From IMG/VR virus record IMGVR_UViG_2711768056_000010: a stretch of DNA of 33,498 bases; one strand, 5' to 3'. The DNA comes from a virus (lineage: Duplodnaviria; Heunggongvirae; Uroviricota; Caudoviricetes). The notes beneath the pieces are model-generated. The model saw only the letters and a program-made list of their open reading frames with translations. It had not been told where the DNA came from and made no database searches. Numbering within the stretch: the stretch's first letter is position 1; each line of letters starts with the position of its first letter. A program made the position numbers and the translations under genes. Positions 9,582-18,136 of the stretch are shown here, one piece after another.

Positions 9582-9607
9582 TTTTCATAAACGTTCCTAT
9601 TCTGGTT
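9582..9607. other. Candidate Hin-family recombination site (one consensus half-site) between invertase and tail-fibre genes
   Basis: TTTTCATAAACG-TT-CCTATTCTGGTT; left half fits the TTnTCnnAAACC half-site pattern recalled for hix/gix/cix/pix; right half is diverged. Confidence 0.35.
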
Positions 9608-10091
9608 TTTCTGGCCACACTGGCTTTGACGTATCGACGCGCATCAGTAAGACCCGGTATTTTTTCCATTCTGACAAAGCGGCGGTTTCGTCTTCTGTCG
9701 CTATTCCCGCATCAACCGCATCCTGCCGCCATGCAATTTCAGAATCAGCTTTCAGCCTCAGGCTTGCCTTCATAGCCTCTGAATCAGCGATTAACTCGCT
9801 CTGCGATTTTCGATACTCGACCAGTTTTCCACCGATTAATCGCTGTTTATCTGTATCAATCGTTTCAGCATTAATCTCCACCACATAGAAGCCAGCAGGG
9901 TCAGGAAGGCTGGAAACATCGCGTGTAAACGCTGAAATACGGCCGTCATCGTCGTAGAGGATTTTTAGTGTATCTTCAGCAAAGTTATTCTGTTGCTCAT
10001 ACCAGTCGCCGTCTGCGTTTCTGGAATAGCTGACAGTGCCATATTTCAGATTATCTGGTGTGTAACGTTCAAATTTTTTACTGAGTGACAT
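9597..10091 (-). CDS. G: Tail fibre assembly protein
   Basis: 164 aa; P2 G/Tfa-like; start overlaps the end of H. Confidence 0.85.
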   Translation of the reverse strand: MSLSKKFERYTPDNLKYGTVSYSRNADGDWYEQQNNFAEDTLKILYDDDGRISAFTRDVSSLPDPAGFYVVEINAETIDTDKQRLIGGKLVEYRKSQSELIADSEAMKASLRLKADSEIAWRQDAVDAGIATEDETAALSEWKKYRVLLMRVDTSKPVWPEKPE

Positions 10092-11745
10092 TGACCCATG
10101 CTCCGTTAATGTAAGCCTGAAGAGTTGCGACTTTTACTTTGTTAAGTACCCACGCACCACCACCTGGCGTCGGGGTGATATAAATACCCACAACCATTTC
10201 ACTAGTTGTGAAATTCATCCAGGCATCTGCAGTCGTAACAGTTACTTCTCGGGGCGCAGAAAGGCGCAATGCTGAAACCGACTCGCCAGCCAGAGCCATT
10301 GTCCCTGCTTTATCTGGGATGATAATTGCCTTACCGTTAATCCCTGTAATGTTCGCCTGGTTGTTCATGGAATAAATACCAACACGGACAATATTATTGC
10401 TGTCCGTAACCTCTAATCCGTATCTGCATGAAAGTGCATCAGATAACGACTGTTTCATGGTGGCGTCTGTAATGACGTAGTTTCCTTTCGGTTGCAATTT
10501 ATCAATACCGAAAGCGGCTTTAACCCCATCAACAGTTGTTTGACCTGTCCCCCCTTGTGTGACAGGTAGAGCGATAGCGGCTCCGGTGTCGTTATTCCAC
10601 ATTCCCCAACTGGTGTTCGACACCAGGAGAAATTTTTTCAAATCAGGAGAGAAAATCTTCGTGGATACAGGGTCGGGTTTAATGGTCTGCAATCCAAGGT
10701 ATGTGAGAAGACCAGCTACATCCTTTCCACTCAAATTGGTAAGCGTATTGTCCAGCGGTTGTTTACCTGCCAGCGCATTAAGCATTGTCGTGGCAAAGTT
10801 CGGATCATTCCCCAGTGCCGCCGCCAGTTCGTTCAGTGTATCCAGTGCAGCAGGTGCAGAACCCACCATTCCTGCAATCGCCGATTTCACAAAAGCCGTA
10901 GTGGCAATCTGTGTATTGTTGACCGACTGCGCCGCCGTGGGGGCTGTTGGCGTTCCGGTGAGTGCCGGACTCGACAACGGTGCTTTAAGTGCCAGCGCAT
11001 TGTTAATGGTGGTACTGAAATTCGGATCATTGTTAATGGCTGCGGCTATTTCTTTCAGCGTGTCCAGCGTGGCTGGCGCACCATTAATAAGGGCCGTCAG
11101 TGCCGCCTGTACAAACGCAGTGGTCGCAACCTGCGTGGTATTATTCCCCGCCGCTGGCGTTGGCGCTTTGGGGGTTCCGGTAAATGTCGGGCTGGCTTTT
11201 GGCGCGTACTGTGAATGCGGGTCCGGTGCGGCAAGATGTTTTGCCATCTGATCATCCGCGTACACCTTCAGCTCCAGTGCCTTGTCATCCACATACTTGC
11301 GGGTTGCCAGCACTACAGCAGGGTCGATTTTCAGGGTGATATTGTCCGTGCTGCTGGTAATCAGCACCATGCGCACGGTCTGAGTGCGCCCGCTACCTTC
11401 AGCCAGTTGCGGCTTATAGCTTTCCGGGCAGTTGCCCACGGCAATCAATGCCCCGGACTCATCAAACAAGCCCACTTCACGTATCCACCAACCGCCCTCG
11501 TTTTCAGGGATCACCTGTTCGGCAATAATCTGGCTGCTGTTCTGCGGGTCGATATAAAGCATATTCAGCGCAGCCCGGCGTTTCTCATTTACCAGTGCCG
11601 TCTGCTTTGCGTCCGGCGTTGGCAATACTCCACCGCCATCGCCCACCGCCATATGGGTAATTTTTAGCGGCACACCGAGCGCGGCGGCGCTGGCAAGTTT
11701 CGCCGCGCCAATATCCGTCAGCAGGGTATAAAATTTTGTGCTCAT
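10078..11745 (-). CDS. H: Tail fibre protein H
   Basis: 555 aa; N-terminus MSTKF...MAVGDGGG...SYKPQLAEGSGR matches P2 H; internal repeats PALTGTPTAP...NNTQIATTAFV...LNELAAALGNDPNFATTM. Confidence 0.9.
   Translation of the reverse strand: MSTKFYTLLTDIGAAKLASAAALGVPLKITHMAVGDGGGVLPTPDAKQTALVNEKRRAALNMLYIDPQNSSQIIAEQVIPENEGGWWIREVGLFDESGALIAVGNCPESYKPQLAEGSGRTQTVRMVLITSSTDNITLKIDPAVVLATRKYVDDKALELKVYADDQMAKHLAAPDPHSQYAPKASPTFTGTPKAPTPAAGNNTTQVATTAFVQAALTALINGAPATLDTLKEIAAAINNDPNFSTTINNALALKAPLSSPALTGTPTAPTAAQSVNNTQIATTAFVKSAIAGMVGSAPAALDTLNELAAALGNDPNFATTMLNALAGKQPLDNTLTNLSGKDVAGLLTYLGLQTIKPDPVSTKIFSPDLKKFLLVSNTSWGMWNNDTGAAIALPVTQGGTGQTTVDGVKAAFGIDKLQPKGNYVITDATMKQSLSDALSCRYGLEVTDSNNIVRVGIYSMNNQANITGINGKAIIIPDKAGTMALAGESVSALRLSAPREVTVTTADAWMNFTTSEMVVGIYITPTPGGGAWVLNKVKVATLQAYINGAWVNVTQ
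10684..10709. other. Candidate Hin-family recombination site (one consensus half-site) inside H
   Basis: GGTCTGCAATCC-AA-GGTATGTGAGAA; right half fits the half-site pattern; lies at the codons for the conserved LTYLGLQTI junction between constant and variable H regions. Confidence 0.3.
10756..11190 (-). repeat. Two tandem copies of an approximately 72-codon repeat within H
   Basis: Protein segments about aa 186-255 and 259-329 are near-duplicates (PTxTGTPxAPT...NNTxxATTAFV...LDTLxExAAAxxNDPNF.TT). Confidence 0.7.
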
Positions 11746-12347
11746 GGATTCACTCTCATTGTGTCAATAACATGGACCGCCCCGCCTTCATGCGCGGTGC
11801 CACCGGAAATAATCGTTTCGTTGATATACGGATAGATCGTGATTTCTTCGCCAAGATAGCTGGCGGCTCCCACCCAATGCGGGCCGCTGGTCTGCAGATT
11901 GATGGACATGCCGATCATGTGGCGGCTACATGGTTTGGCATCGCTTATCAGTCGCTCAAGTTCCAGATAGGTATCTTCAGTGATGCCCTGGTCCTGCACG
12001 CCGATATCCAGGCGAAACGTGCCCGGTGTTTCTCCGGTCTGCCACCACTCAATAATGCGGATCAGGAATCCGAACGGTTCCACCACCCGCCGCACGGCAC
12101 TGGTGGTTCCTTTATGCTGATGAATATAAAAAGCATCCTTCACTACCTGGCGTTTGACGCTTTCTGTCCAGCCCTCGTCCCAGCGATCCACAGAGAACGC
12201 CCAGGCGAGATAAGGCAGGAAGCTGACCGGACAGGTAGCCGGATTCCACAAGTCACGCAGCGGCACCTGCAAATCAGAAATCCCGCTACAGGTTTGCGCC
12301 AGTCGGCGCTCCAGTGAAGTTGAACCCGGTGGCAGCAGACTATTCAT
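11742..12347 (-). CDS. I: Baseplate assembly protein I
   Basis: 201 aa, P2 gene order; GGAGG Shine-Dalgarno sequence; start overlaps J stop. Confidence 0.85.
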   Translation of the reverse strand: MNSLLPPGSTSLERRLAQTCSGISDLQVPLRDLWNPATCPVSFLPYLAWAFSVDRWDEGWTESVKRQVVKDAFYIHQHKGTTSAVRRVVEPFGFLIRIIEWWQTGETPGTFRLDIGVQDQGITEDTYLELERLISDAKPCSRHMIGMSINLQTSGPHWVGAASYLGEEITIYPYINETIISGGTAHEGGAVHVIDTMRVNP

Positions 12348-13248
12348 CCGTTCCTCCGTTGGTTACGCTCCACTGCGTACATGATGCCGCCTGTGTTTTG
12401 TTCAGGACCACATCCGCCAGCGGAGAAGCCAGTTCCACACGTTGAACACCCTCAACATGCAGAGCAGCAAAGATGGCGCTACGGCGAATATCCCGACCAA
12501 GCCTCGTCTGGCTGGCAATGTACTTCTGCAGACTGGCTTTTGCCGCTGCCATTACCGGCTCTGCTTCCGGTCCCGGATAGAGAAAAATGGTGGCTTCCAC
12601 GCGATACGGGATGATTTCTGCGCTGCGAACCGTAAGACGGTCAGCCACCGGGCGGACGTTCTCACTGTTCAGAGCTTTTTCCACCACGTCCAGCAGGTCT
12701 TTTTCTGCAGTTCCATCGCCTTCGCGGCTAAGGACAGTCAGCACCACCTCTGCAGGTGCCGGGCTGGTTGCACTGGCATCCGCCACCCGACCGTCGGCGC
12801 TTCGGGCATGAAATTCATAAGCTGCAGTTGGCCCCGCAACAGAAAGCCCTTCAAAGGCTGCAGGCACACGCAGGCGCAACGCTTCATCGCTTTCCATCAC
12901 AGCTGCAACGGGCGGCACAGCATCATTATCAGCAGGCGTCACCGTCAGGCGTGTCACGTTGTAGTTGGCAGCGAGCTGGTCAAGATCGCCGCCCATCGCG
13001 TAAGCCACCATCACCGCCTGCGCGGCTTCGTTAATGCGCTGGCGCAGAAGCAACTCACGGTAAGCGTTCTCCTGCAACAATTTAGTGGCAGGTTCAGATT
13101 CCAGTTCCAGCGTGCGGATCACTGCTTCCTGCTCATCTTTCGGATGAAGCGCCACAAATTCTGCCTTGCGTTCGGCAAGCAGCGTCTCAAAGTCCGGCAC
13201 ATCCACAATCTGCGGTGCAGGCAACTGCGAAAGGTCAATCACTGCCAT
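12340..13248 (-). CDS. J: Baseplate assembly protein J
   Basis: P2 gpJ-like; ORF-track GTG start trimmed to ATG at 13248 (MAVIDLSQ) with AGGAG Shine-Dalgarno sequence. Confidence 0.85.
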   Translation of the reverse strand: MAVIDLSQLPAPQIVDVPDFETLLAERKAEFVALHPKDEQEAVIRTLELESEPATKLLQENAYRELLLRQRINEAAQAVMVAYAMGGDLDQLAANYNVTRLTVTPADNDAVPPVAAVMESDEALRLRVPAAFEGLSVAGPTAAYEFHARSADGRVADASATSPAPAEVVLTVLSREGDGTAEKDLLDVVEKALNSENVRPVADRLTVRSAEIIPYRVEATIFLYPGPEAEPVMAAAKASLQKYIASQTRLGRDIRRSAIFAALHVEGVQRVELASPLADVVLNKTQAASCTQWSVTNGGTDE

Positions 13249-13594
13249 TCTCTGCTCCTGTTGATACGGAAAGGGACACAGGCACACCGTTATTCCGCCG
13301 CCCGGTCAGATCCACCACCATTGAACCGTCAAAATTGCTGTTGATGGTGATGGAATCCAGCGTCAACCGTGGCTCCCAGCGACTCAGCGCCACATACACT
13401 GCCGACATGACCTGCAGGCGTAATGCCGGATTTTGTGGCTGATCTATCAGTGCCGACAGCAGGGAACCATATTCCCGGCGGGCAATACGGCTACCCTGCG
13501 GTGTCAGCAGAATGTCCCGCACCGACTGGCGCAGATGATCAATATCAGTAATGACTTTGCCGCTGGTATTGTTCATCCCGCTATAAAGCGTCAT
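13235..13594 (-). CDS. W: Baseplate assembly protein W
   Basis: 119 aa; ATGA overlap with V stop. Confidence 0.85.
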   Translation of the reverse strand: MTLYSGMNNTSGKVITDIDHLRQSVRDILLTPQGSRIARREYGSLLSALIDQPQNPALRLQVMSAVYVALSRWEPRLTLDSITINSNFDGSMVVDLTGRRNNGVPVSLSVSTGAENGSD

Positions 13595-14169
13595 ACCGGG
13601 CCTCCGGTTGTATCGCCGCCTTTCAGGACGCCAGTATGCTGATGCGCATCAACCACGATCCCGTTAGAACTCATCGCTCCGCCGCCCTGGGTAACGCCAC
13701 CATTGATCACCACTTCGCTGTTAATGCGCGTGCGGTCAGCCTCCAGTACAAACTCACTGGTTTTCATGGTGATGTTGTCAGCAGCCTCAATGACCATTGA
13801 TTTGATGCCCCTGACATACCAGCGCCCGGTGGCGGGTTCGTATTCAAACCAGCCACCGTCAGGATGTTCTGTCACGCAGGCGTCCGCCGACGTCGACGGT
13901 GGTGCGAACTGATTCGAATAGACAGCGGGCAGCGCAAAGGCGGTTTCCAGATTGCCGCCCAGACTCAGCAGCACCACCTGCTCACCTTCCGATGGTCGCC
14001 ACCATGTACGGGCATTCCCGGCACGCAGCGTCAGCCAGCTGATCCAGTTGGTTTCAAGCTCGCCCGTTTTCACCCGGCAAAGCCAGTTTTCCCTGTCCAC
14101 TTCGGTGACTACCCCTGTGCGGATCAGGTTGGTGATAAGGCGCATGATTTCGGTTAATTGTGCGTTCAT
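13591..14169 (-). CDS. V: Baseplate spike protein V
   Basis: 192 aa, P2 gpV-like. Confidence 0.85.
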   Translation of the reverse strand: MNAQLTEIMRLITNLIRTGVVTEVDRENWLCRVKTGELETNWISWLTLRAGNARTWWRPSEGEQVVLLSLGGNLETAFALPAVYSNQFAPPSTSADACVTEHPDGGWFEYEPATGRWYVRGIKSMVIEAADNITMKTSEFVLEADRTRINSEVVINGGVTQGGGAMSSNGIVVDAHQHTGVLKGGDTTGGPV

Positions 14170-14215
14170 AGGGAAAGGTTGCCATCAGGGGAAGAAAGGC
14201 GGCAGTGCTGCAACT

Positions 14216-14233
14216 TGTATCAGTGCTGATACA
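14216..14233 (-). promoter_or_regulatory. Candidate Ogr-dependent late promoter element (TGT-N12-ACA) upstream of V
   Basis: TGTATCAGTGCTGATACA, a perfect palindrome in the S-V intergenic region. Confidence 0.5.
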
Positions 14234-14237
14234 AAGA

Positions 14238-14684
14238 TCACCCCGCCAGCCATTGCAGAATCATGTCGCGGGTCATTGCCTCAACATCATCATTTACACC
14301 CAGCAGGCGGCGCTCTGCGTAACGGATCTCCGGCCCTTTACGACTGACGCGATCACGCAGGCCGTAATGGTGAACGCGGGCAATACGCTGCACCTTACCT
14401 TCAAACTGCACGCTGGCAGAATCGGCGCTGGCGGCAGTTTTCAGGTATTTTGTGGTGCGCAGCTTTGCAAACATCTGACGTTTGATACGGCCTTTTTTAC
14501 TGCGTGCTGTTACCCGTCGCGGTTCATAGCTGCTGCCGTCAGGGTTGCGCTGCATCCTGATATTCTGCTGCTGTGTCCGGCGCAGTTCCTGCGCCAGCTG
14601 ACGCATCATGCGGCTTCTTGCGGCTGGCTCCAGATTCGCCAGCAAGGCACTCAGCCAGTCGTCCACCTTCTGCAATTCAGCCAC
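14238..14684 (-). CDS. S: Tail completion protein S
   Basis: 148 aa; GTG start; P2 order. Confidence 0.8.
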   Translation of the reverse strand: MAELQKVDDWLSALLANLEPAARSRMMRQLAQELRRTQQQNIRMQRNPDGSSYEPRRVTARSKKGRIKRQMFAKLRTTKYLKTAASADSASVQFEGKVQRIARVHHYGLRDRVSRKGPEIRYAERRLLGVNDDVEAMTRDMILQWLAG

Positions 14685-15108
14685 GTTTCACCGTCCACAT
14701 TTCTTCAGGTTCATCGGGTTCTGCTACAGCTTCAACGCTCGACACACTGCCGTCAGTGCTGACCAGCACACGCTCCGTCAGTTGCAGGTTGAGGCTGATA
14801 TCACAGACATCGTTGCGCAGAATATCCACCTCAAAGGTGAATAGCTTTTCCCGTAACGCCGGGTTATTGATGGCATCGGGCTGGTTATCACGCAGCCACA
14901 GCAAAACCGGGGCCATCAGCAGATTCTGGTCGCCGCTGAAATCCTCAATCACCACGTTCAGGGTGTAGCGGTACTCCCATGACATGGAGCTGGCCCCCGT
15001 GGCAACCAGCGAACCGTTATCCACAAACAGATGCAGTTTGTCCGGGTTATTGCGGACATAAGGCACCGCTTTATTGAGGGCGTGGCGCAGGGATTGTGGT
15101 TTGTTCAC
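14677..15108 (-). CDS. R: Tail completion protein R
   Basis: ORF-track TTG start trimmed to GTG at 15108 preceded by AGGAG; P2 order. Confidence 0.75.
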   Translation of the reverse strand: MNKPQSLRHALNKAVPYVRNNPDKLHLFVDNGSLVATGASSMSWEYRYTLNVVIEDFSGDQNLLMAPVLLWLRDNQPDAINNPALREKLFTFEVDILRNDVCDISLNLQLTERVLVSTDGSVSSVEAVAEPDEPEEMWTVKRG

Positions 15109-15361
15109 TGTTTCGCTCCTGACACGCAATAATCATGTCCACTTTGTCTGCACAGACCGCCCAGGCGGCCTCAGTTTCATCCAGCAACGCATTCAGATCA
15201 CCGTTAGTGCGCGGTGCTGCCTGCTCCAGCCGACACGGCGTCACTCGCGGACAACCACTGACGGTAAGCTGCACCTCCGGTGAGTGCCGGACGTTCCCGC
15301 AGCCGGATAATGTCAACAGGCAAAGGAGTATCAGCCCAGTGGCGTAAATCCTCGTTCTCAC
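15071..15361 (-). CDS. lysC: LysC (o-spanin-like lipoprotein) nested out of frame in lysB
   Basis: 96 aa with lipobox LTLSGC; embedded within the 3' half of lysB as in P2. Confidence 0.75.
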   Translation of the reverse strand: MRTRIYATGLILLCLLTLSGCGNVRHSPEVQLTVSGCPRVTPCRLEQAAPRTNGDLNALLDETEAAWAVCADKVDMIIACQERNSEQTTIPAPRPQ

Positions 15362-15632
15362 GTTTCAGTTCCTCAATCCGGCGTTGTCGTTGTCTCAGCA
15401 GTGCGCTGGTCTGTTCTGCTTCGGCATAGAGCCGCGCCTGCTCCCGGTTATTGGTTTCAGTCAGAATGGATAGGCTGATAAGCTGGCTGTTGCTCTTTGC
15501 CAGTGCCTGGCTTTTGCTCTGCAGCTCGTCCGCCTGCGTGCTGATGGTCCGGCTGGCATCAGCCAGCCGCCACGTCTGCCAGCCCAGCGCCACCAGTAAT
15601 AACGCCAGCACAACCAGCAGCAACCGGTTCAT
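15204..15632 (-). CDS. lysB: LysB (i-spanin-like, Rz-type)
   Basis: 142 aa, N-terminal signal anchor then coiled-coil-like charged region. Confidence 0.8.
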   Translation of the reverse strand: MNRLLLVVLALLLVALGWQTWRLADASRTISTQADELQSKSQALAKSNSQLISLSILTETNNREQARLYAEAEQTSALLRQRQRRIEELKRENEDLRHWADTPLPVDIIRLRERPALTGGAAYRQWLSASDAVSAGAGSTAH

Positions 15633-16006
15633 GCTGCTACCTGTTGCGCCATCTGGTTACGGGTGATCCAGAAGGCAATAACGGTCAGCAGATAAAGGAC
15701 CAGGGTAATGGTCCCCCCCGTCCAGGCGAGACTGACAACAATCAGCAATCGCATCACCCAGCTGATAAATACGTTTTCTTTTCGGGTAATGGTCTTCAGC
15801 AAAGATGCCCTCAACTCCTGCCAGAGCGGGCCGTTCTTAATTAACGCAGCCAGTGCTACCGGAATTGCCACCCATGTCAGCAGACAGGCTACCCAGACAC
15901 CGGACGCTGCCAGTACCGGAAAAATCCCCTGCGGATACACCATTGCTGCGATCAACAACGCCATCCATAACATCAGAAACAGCCCGCTGATTAATTTCTT
16001 TTTCAT
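15629..16006 (-). CDS. lysA: LysA (membrane protein, lysis timing)
   Basis: Multi-pass hydrophobic protein; start trimmed to ATG at 16006 (MKKKLISG) with GGGAG Shine-Dalgarno sequence. Confidence 0.75.
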   Translation of the reverse strand: MKKKLISGLFLMLWMALLIAAMVYPQGIFPVLAASGVWVACLLTWVAIPVALAALIKNGPLWQELRASLLKTITRKENVFISWVMRLLIVVSLAWTGGTITLVLYLLTVIAFWITRNQMAQQVAA

Positions 16007-16007
16007 T

Positions 16008-16520
16008 TCAGTTTGCTCCCTGTAAGCACCAGGCCATCTCCCGCGCACGGCGGTTATCCAGCCCCTGATTAAAAATACCTTTCACATAAACCCAGCGCGG
16101 CAACTGTCGGCACGCATCCGCCCAGCGCCGCTGGTTAAGTAATTTCACCAGCGTGGAACTGCAGGCATTGCCCGTTCCCACGTTGAAGGCAAACGACACC
16201 GCAGCGTCATACACCTTCTGCGGCGGCTGTTGCTTCACACACCTTTCCAGCGTCCGCTCCACACGCAGTACGTTAGAGATCAGCCCTTCCGCTGCCTGTC
16301 GTTCCGTAATGGTTTTGCCGGGAATGACGCCAGACGTATTACCAATGCCGTCGGTCCAGACACCCGCGCTGCACTGATACGGCTGCAGACGACAGCCTTC
16401 GTAATCGGCAATCAGTTTCAGCCCCTCCACGGAGGTGTGAAGCTGCTGAAAACCCGGCAGCGTGGCAGCAATAGCCAGCACGGCCCCGACAAGGCAGCGT
16501 TTAACGATTGATGGATTCAT
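16008..16520 (-). CDS. Endolysin, phage lysozyme family with N-terminal SAR-like signal-anchor
   Basis: 170 aa; Gly/Ala-rich hydrophobic N-terminus (CLVGAVLAIAATLPG) followed by the E...D...T lysozyme catalytic pattern; differs from the P2 K type. Confidence 0.8.
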   Translation of the reverse strand: MNPSIVKRCLVGAVLAIAATLPGFQQLHTSVEGLKLIADYEGCRLQPYQCSAGVWTDGIGNTSGVIPGKTITERQAAEGLISNVLRVERTLERCVKQQPPQKVYDAAVSFAFNVGTGNACSSTLVKLLNQRRWADACRQLPRWVYVKGIFNQGLDNRRAREMAWCLQGAN

Positions 16521-16716
16521 AGTCCTCCCGCGAGATCTGCCCGTCGCGCAGAAGCTGGTAGGCTTTGTGTTTGTAGTACCAGTTGATAGCCAGCATCAGC
16601 ACACCGATCATCAGGCCGCCCAGCGTTGAGACATCCTTGATGGACAAATCGCCCAGCCAGGCCAGCACGACGGCGATGCAATACGTGATAAAGGCGCTGA
16701 TTCGCTCAAGCGTCAT
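16501..16716 (-). CDS. Small holin (pinholin-sized, two predicted transmembrane segments)
   Basis: 71 aa with two hydrophobic stretches and a charged C-terminus; immediately upstream of the endolysin. Confidence 0.7.
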   Translation of the reverse strand: MTLERISAFITYCIAVVLAWLGDLSIKDVSTLGGLMIGVLMLAINWYYKHKAYQLLRDGQISREDYESINR

Positions 16717-16719
16717 AAT

Positions 16720-16923
16720 TCAGTCCCATAACTGGACGGTCTGCACAGTGGTGGTGGTCGGAATGTCCGGCAGCTCCACCTGCAGCCCGTGAGGTAAAAA
16801 GGGGCCGTATTCGGCAAGCCCCGGATTTGCCTTCAGTACCTGCTCCGTGACACCCTGCGTGCGCCCGTAATGACGCCAGCAAAGCGCGTCCACCGTGTCA
16901 TACTGATGCGCACGCACTTTCAT
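16720..16923 (-). CDS. X: Tail protein X
   Basis: 67 aa, P2 gpX-like (same length and position). Confidence 0.85.
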   Translation of the reverse strand: MKVRAHQYDTVDALCWRHYGRTQGVTEQVLKANPGLAEYGPFLPHGLQVELPDIPTTTTVQTVQLWD

Positions 16924-17387
16924 CAGATAAGCTCCACTGTGCAGTGCGGCGCATCCTGCACCCGGCTGATGGCCCAGCGGGCGTCACGCCATAAATCACC
17001 GCTTGCTTCCGCCAGTTCCTCGCCCCGCTTCACACCGGATGCCGTGGCGTCATAGTCCTGGTAACGTTCGTTGAGCATGGCGCGTGCCCAGCAGTAAACC
17101 GCGTTGAAATAGTGCTGAATGCGCTCACTTTTGCCGTCCAGTTGTTCCGCCGGAACCTCTGCCAGCGAGGCATACCCCAGCATCTGCTGGCGTCTGCGAA
17201 ACTCATACAGCTCAGCGTTGACCTCCGAAATTGCCGACAGGGCAACCTGTTTTAAACGCGGCTGCGTCACCGTGCCGTCAGTGCGCATGACACTGCGAAA
17301 CTCCGACAGGTCCACATCAGGCCAGAACGGCGTATTTCTGATGATTTCCGCCTGTTCCGGTGCCTGTTCTGGCGCAACAAACTTCAT
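16923..17387 (-). CDS. L: Head completion/stabilisation protein L
   Basis: ORF-track GTG start trimmed to ATG at 17387 (MKFVAPEQ) with AGGAGA Shine-Dalgarno sequence. Confidence 0.8.
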   Translation of the reverse strand: MKFVAPEQAPEQAEIIRNTPFWPDVDLSEFRSVMRTDGTVTQPRLKQVALSAISEVNAELYEFRRRQQMLGYASLAEVPAEQLDGKSERIQHYFNAVYCWARAMLNERYQDYDATASGVKRGEELAEASGDLWRDARWAISRVQDAPHCTVELI

Positions 17388-17482
17388 GCTGCTTTCTCCT
17401 GAAATAGAGGGCGGTGGACGGGGTTTTGATGTGGCTGTGCCTTTCGCCACCCCGTGCCGCCCGTGCGCGGGGGCACGTTCTG

Positions 17483-18133
17483 TCAGCGGCTGTCATTGCG
17501 CAGTCTGCGCTCCAGCTGCTGTTTGTCTTTTTTCACGCCACAGCGGGGATCGAGCTGTAACGCATGGTTGAGATGATTAAGGGCGGAAGCCGGATTAGTT
17601 TCACTCAGGACCACGCCAATCGCTTTATGCAGACGCGCCCGTGACTGGTCCGGCATATCCAGACCGTCTGTCAGCTCCAGCGTCTGCAGCAACAGATCCG
17701 CATCAAAGCCGGTGGCGGCAAGCATTGCGCTCTGCGCTGCGTCTGCCATTTCCTCTGCCAGCACGGTCTGCACGTTGCGGTTACCCAGCGGCATCACCCA
17801 GCCATAACGCAGGGCATGACGCCCGATCTCCAGCGCCCCGGCATAATCTCCGGCATCAATGCGCCACAGCATCACGTACATCAGCACGTCATCCTGTTGC
17901 GCGCCTCCGGCACCCAGGACACCCTCTGCCCAGGCGGCGTACTTCGGCAGCAGTTCCACCTTGATTTCCGCTTTTTTGACCGTGGACTGAACGCCCTTGA
18001 GACGGCGGCGGTCTTCCGCCAGTTGCAGCAGCATCAGGTCATAGCCCGACGCGTGGCGAACACTGCCGCCCTCACGGGCGGCCTGTTCAGCCTGAACGCG
18101 CAGGCGATGCTGCCGTGCGGGACTCAGGCTCAT
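17483..18133 (-). CDS. M: Terminase endonuclease (small) subunit M
   Basis: 216 aa; P2 gene order between N and L. Confidence 0.8.
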   Translation of the reverse strand: MSLSPARQHRLRVQAEQAAREGGSVRHASGYDLMLLQLAEDRRRLKGVQSTVKKAEIKVELLPKYAAWAEGVLGAGGAQQDDVLMYVMLWRIDAGDYAGALEIGRHALRYGWVMPLGNRNVQTVLAEEMADAAQSAMLAATGFDADLLLQTLELTDGLDMPDQSRARLHKAIGVVLSETNPASALNHLNHALQLDPRCGVKKDKQQLERRLRNDSR

Positions 18134-18136
18134 GAA

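Noticed and set aside
9554-9775. 73-aa plus-strand ORF between invertase and tfa
   Set aside because: Overlaps tfa in antisense with no Shine-Dalgarno sequence; considered and discarded as a candidate alternative tail-fibre cassette because it is too short and shows no tail-fibre-like sequence.
10559-11251. 230-aa and 151-aa plus-strand ORFs opposite tail fibre H
   Set aside because: Antisense to H; the repetitive translation reflects the H tandem repeat; no independent support.
12442-13344. 300-aa plus-strand ORF opposite baseplate J/W
   Set aside because: Antisense shadow ORF, Arg/Cys/His-rich, no start context.
16775-16795. Short match to the ssrA 3' end (CAGCTCCACC) inside gene X
   Set aside because: Only 10 nt, inside a coding region in the middle of the prophage; chance match, not an att core.
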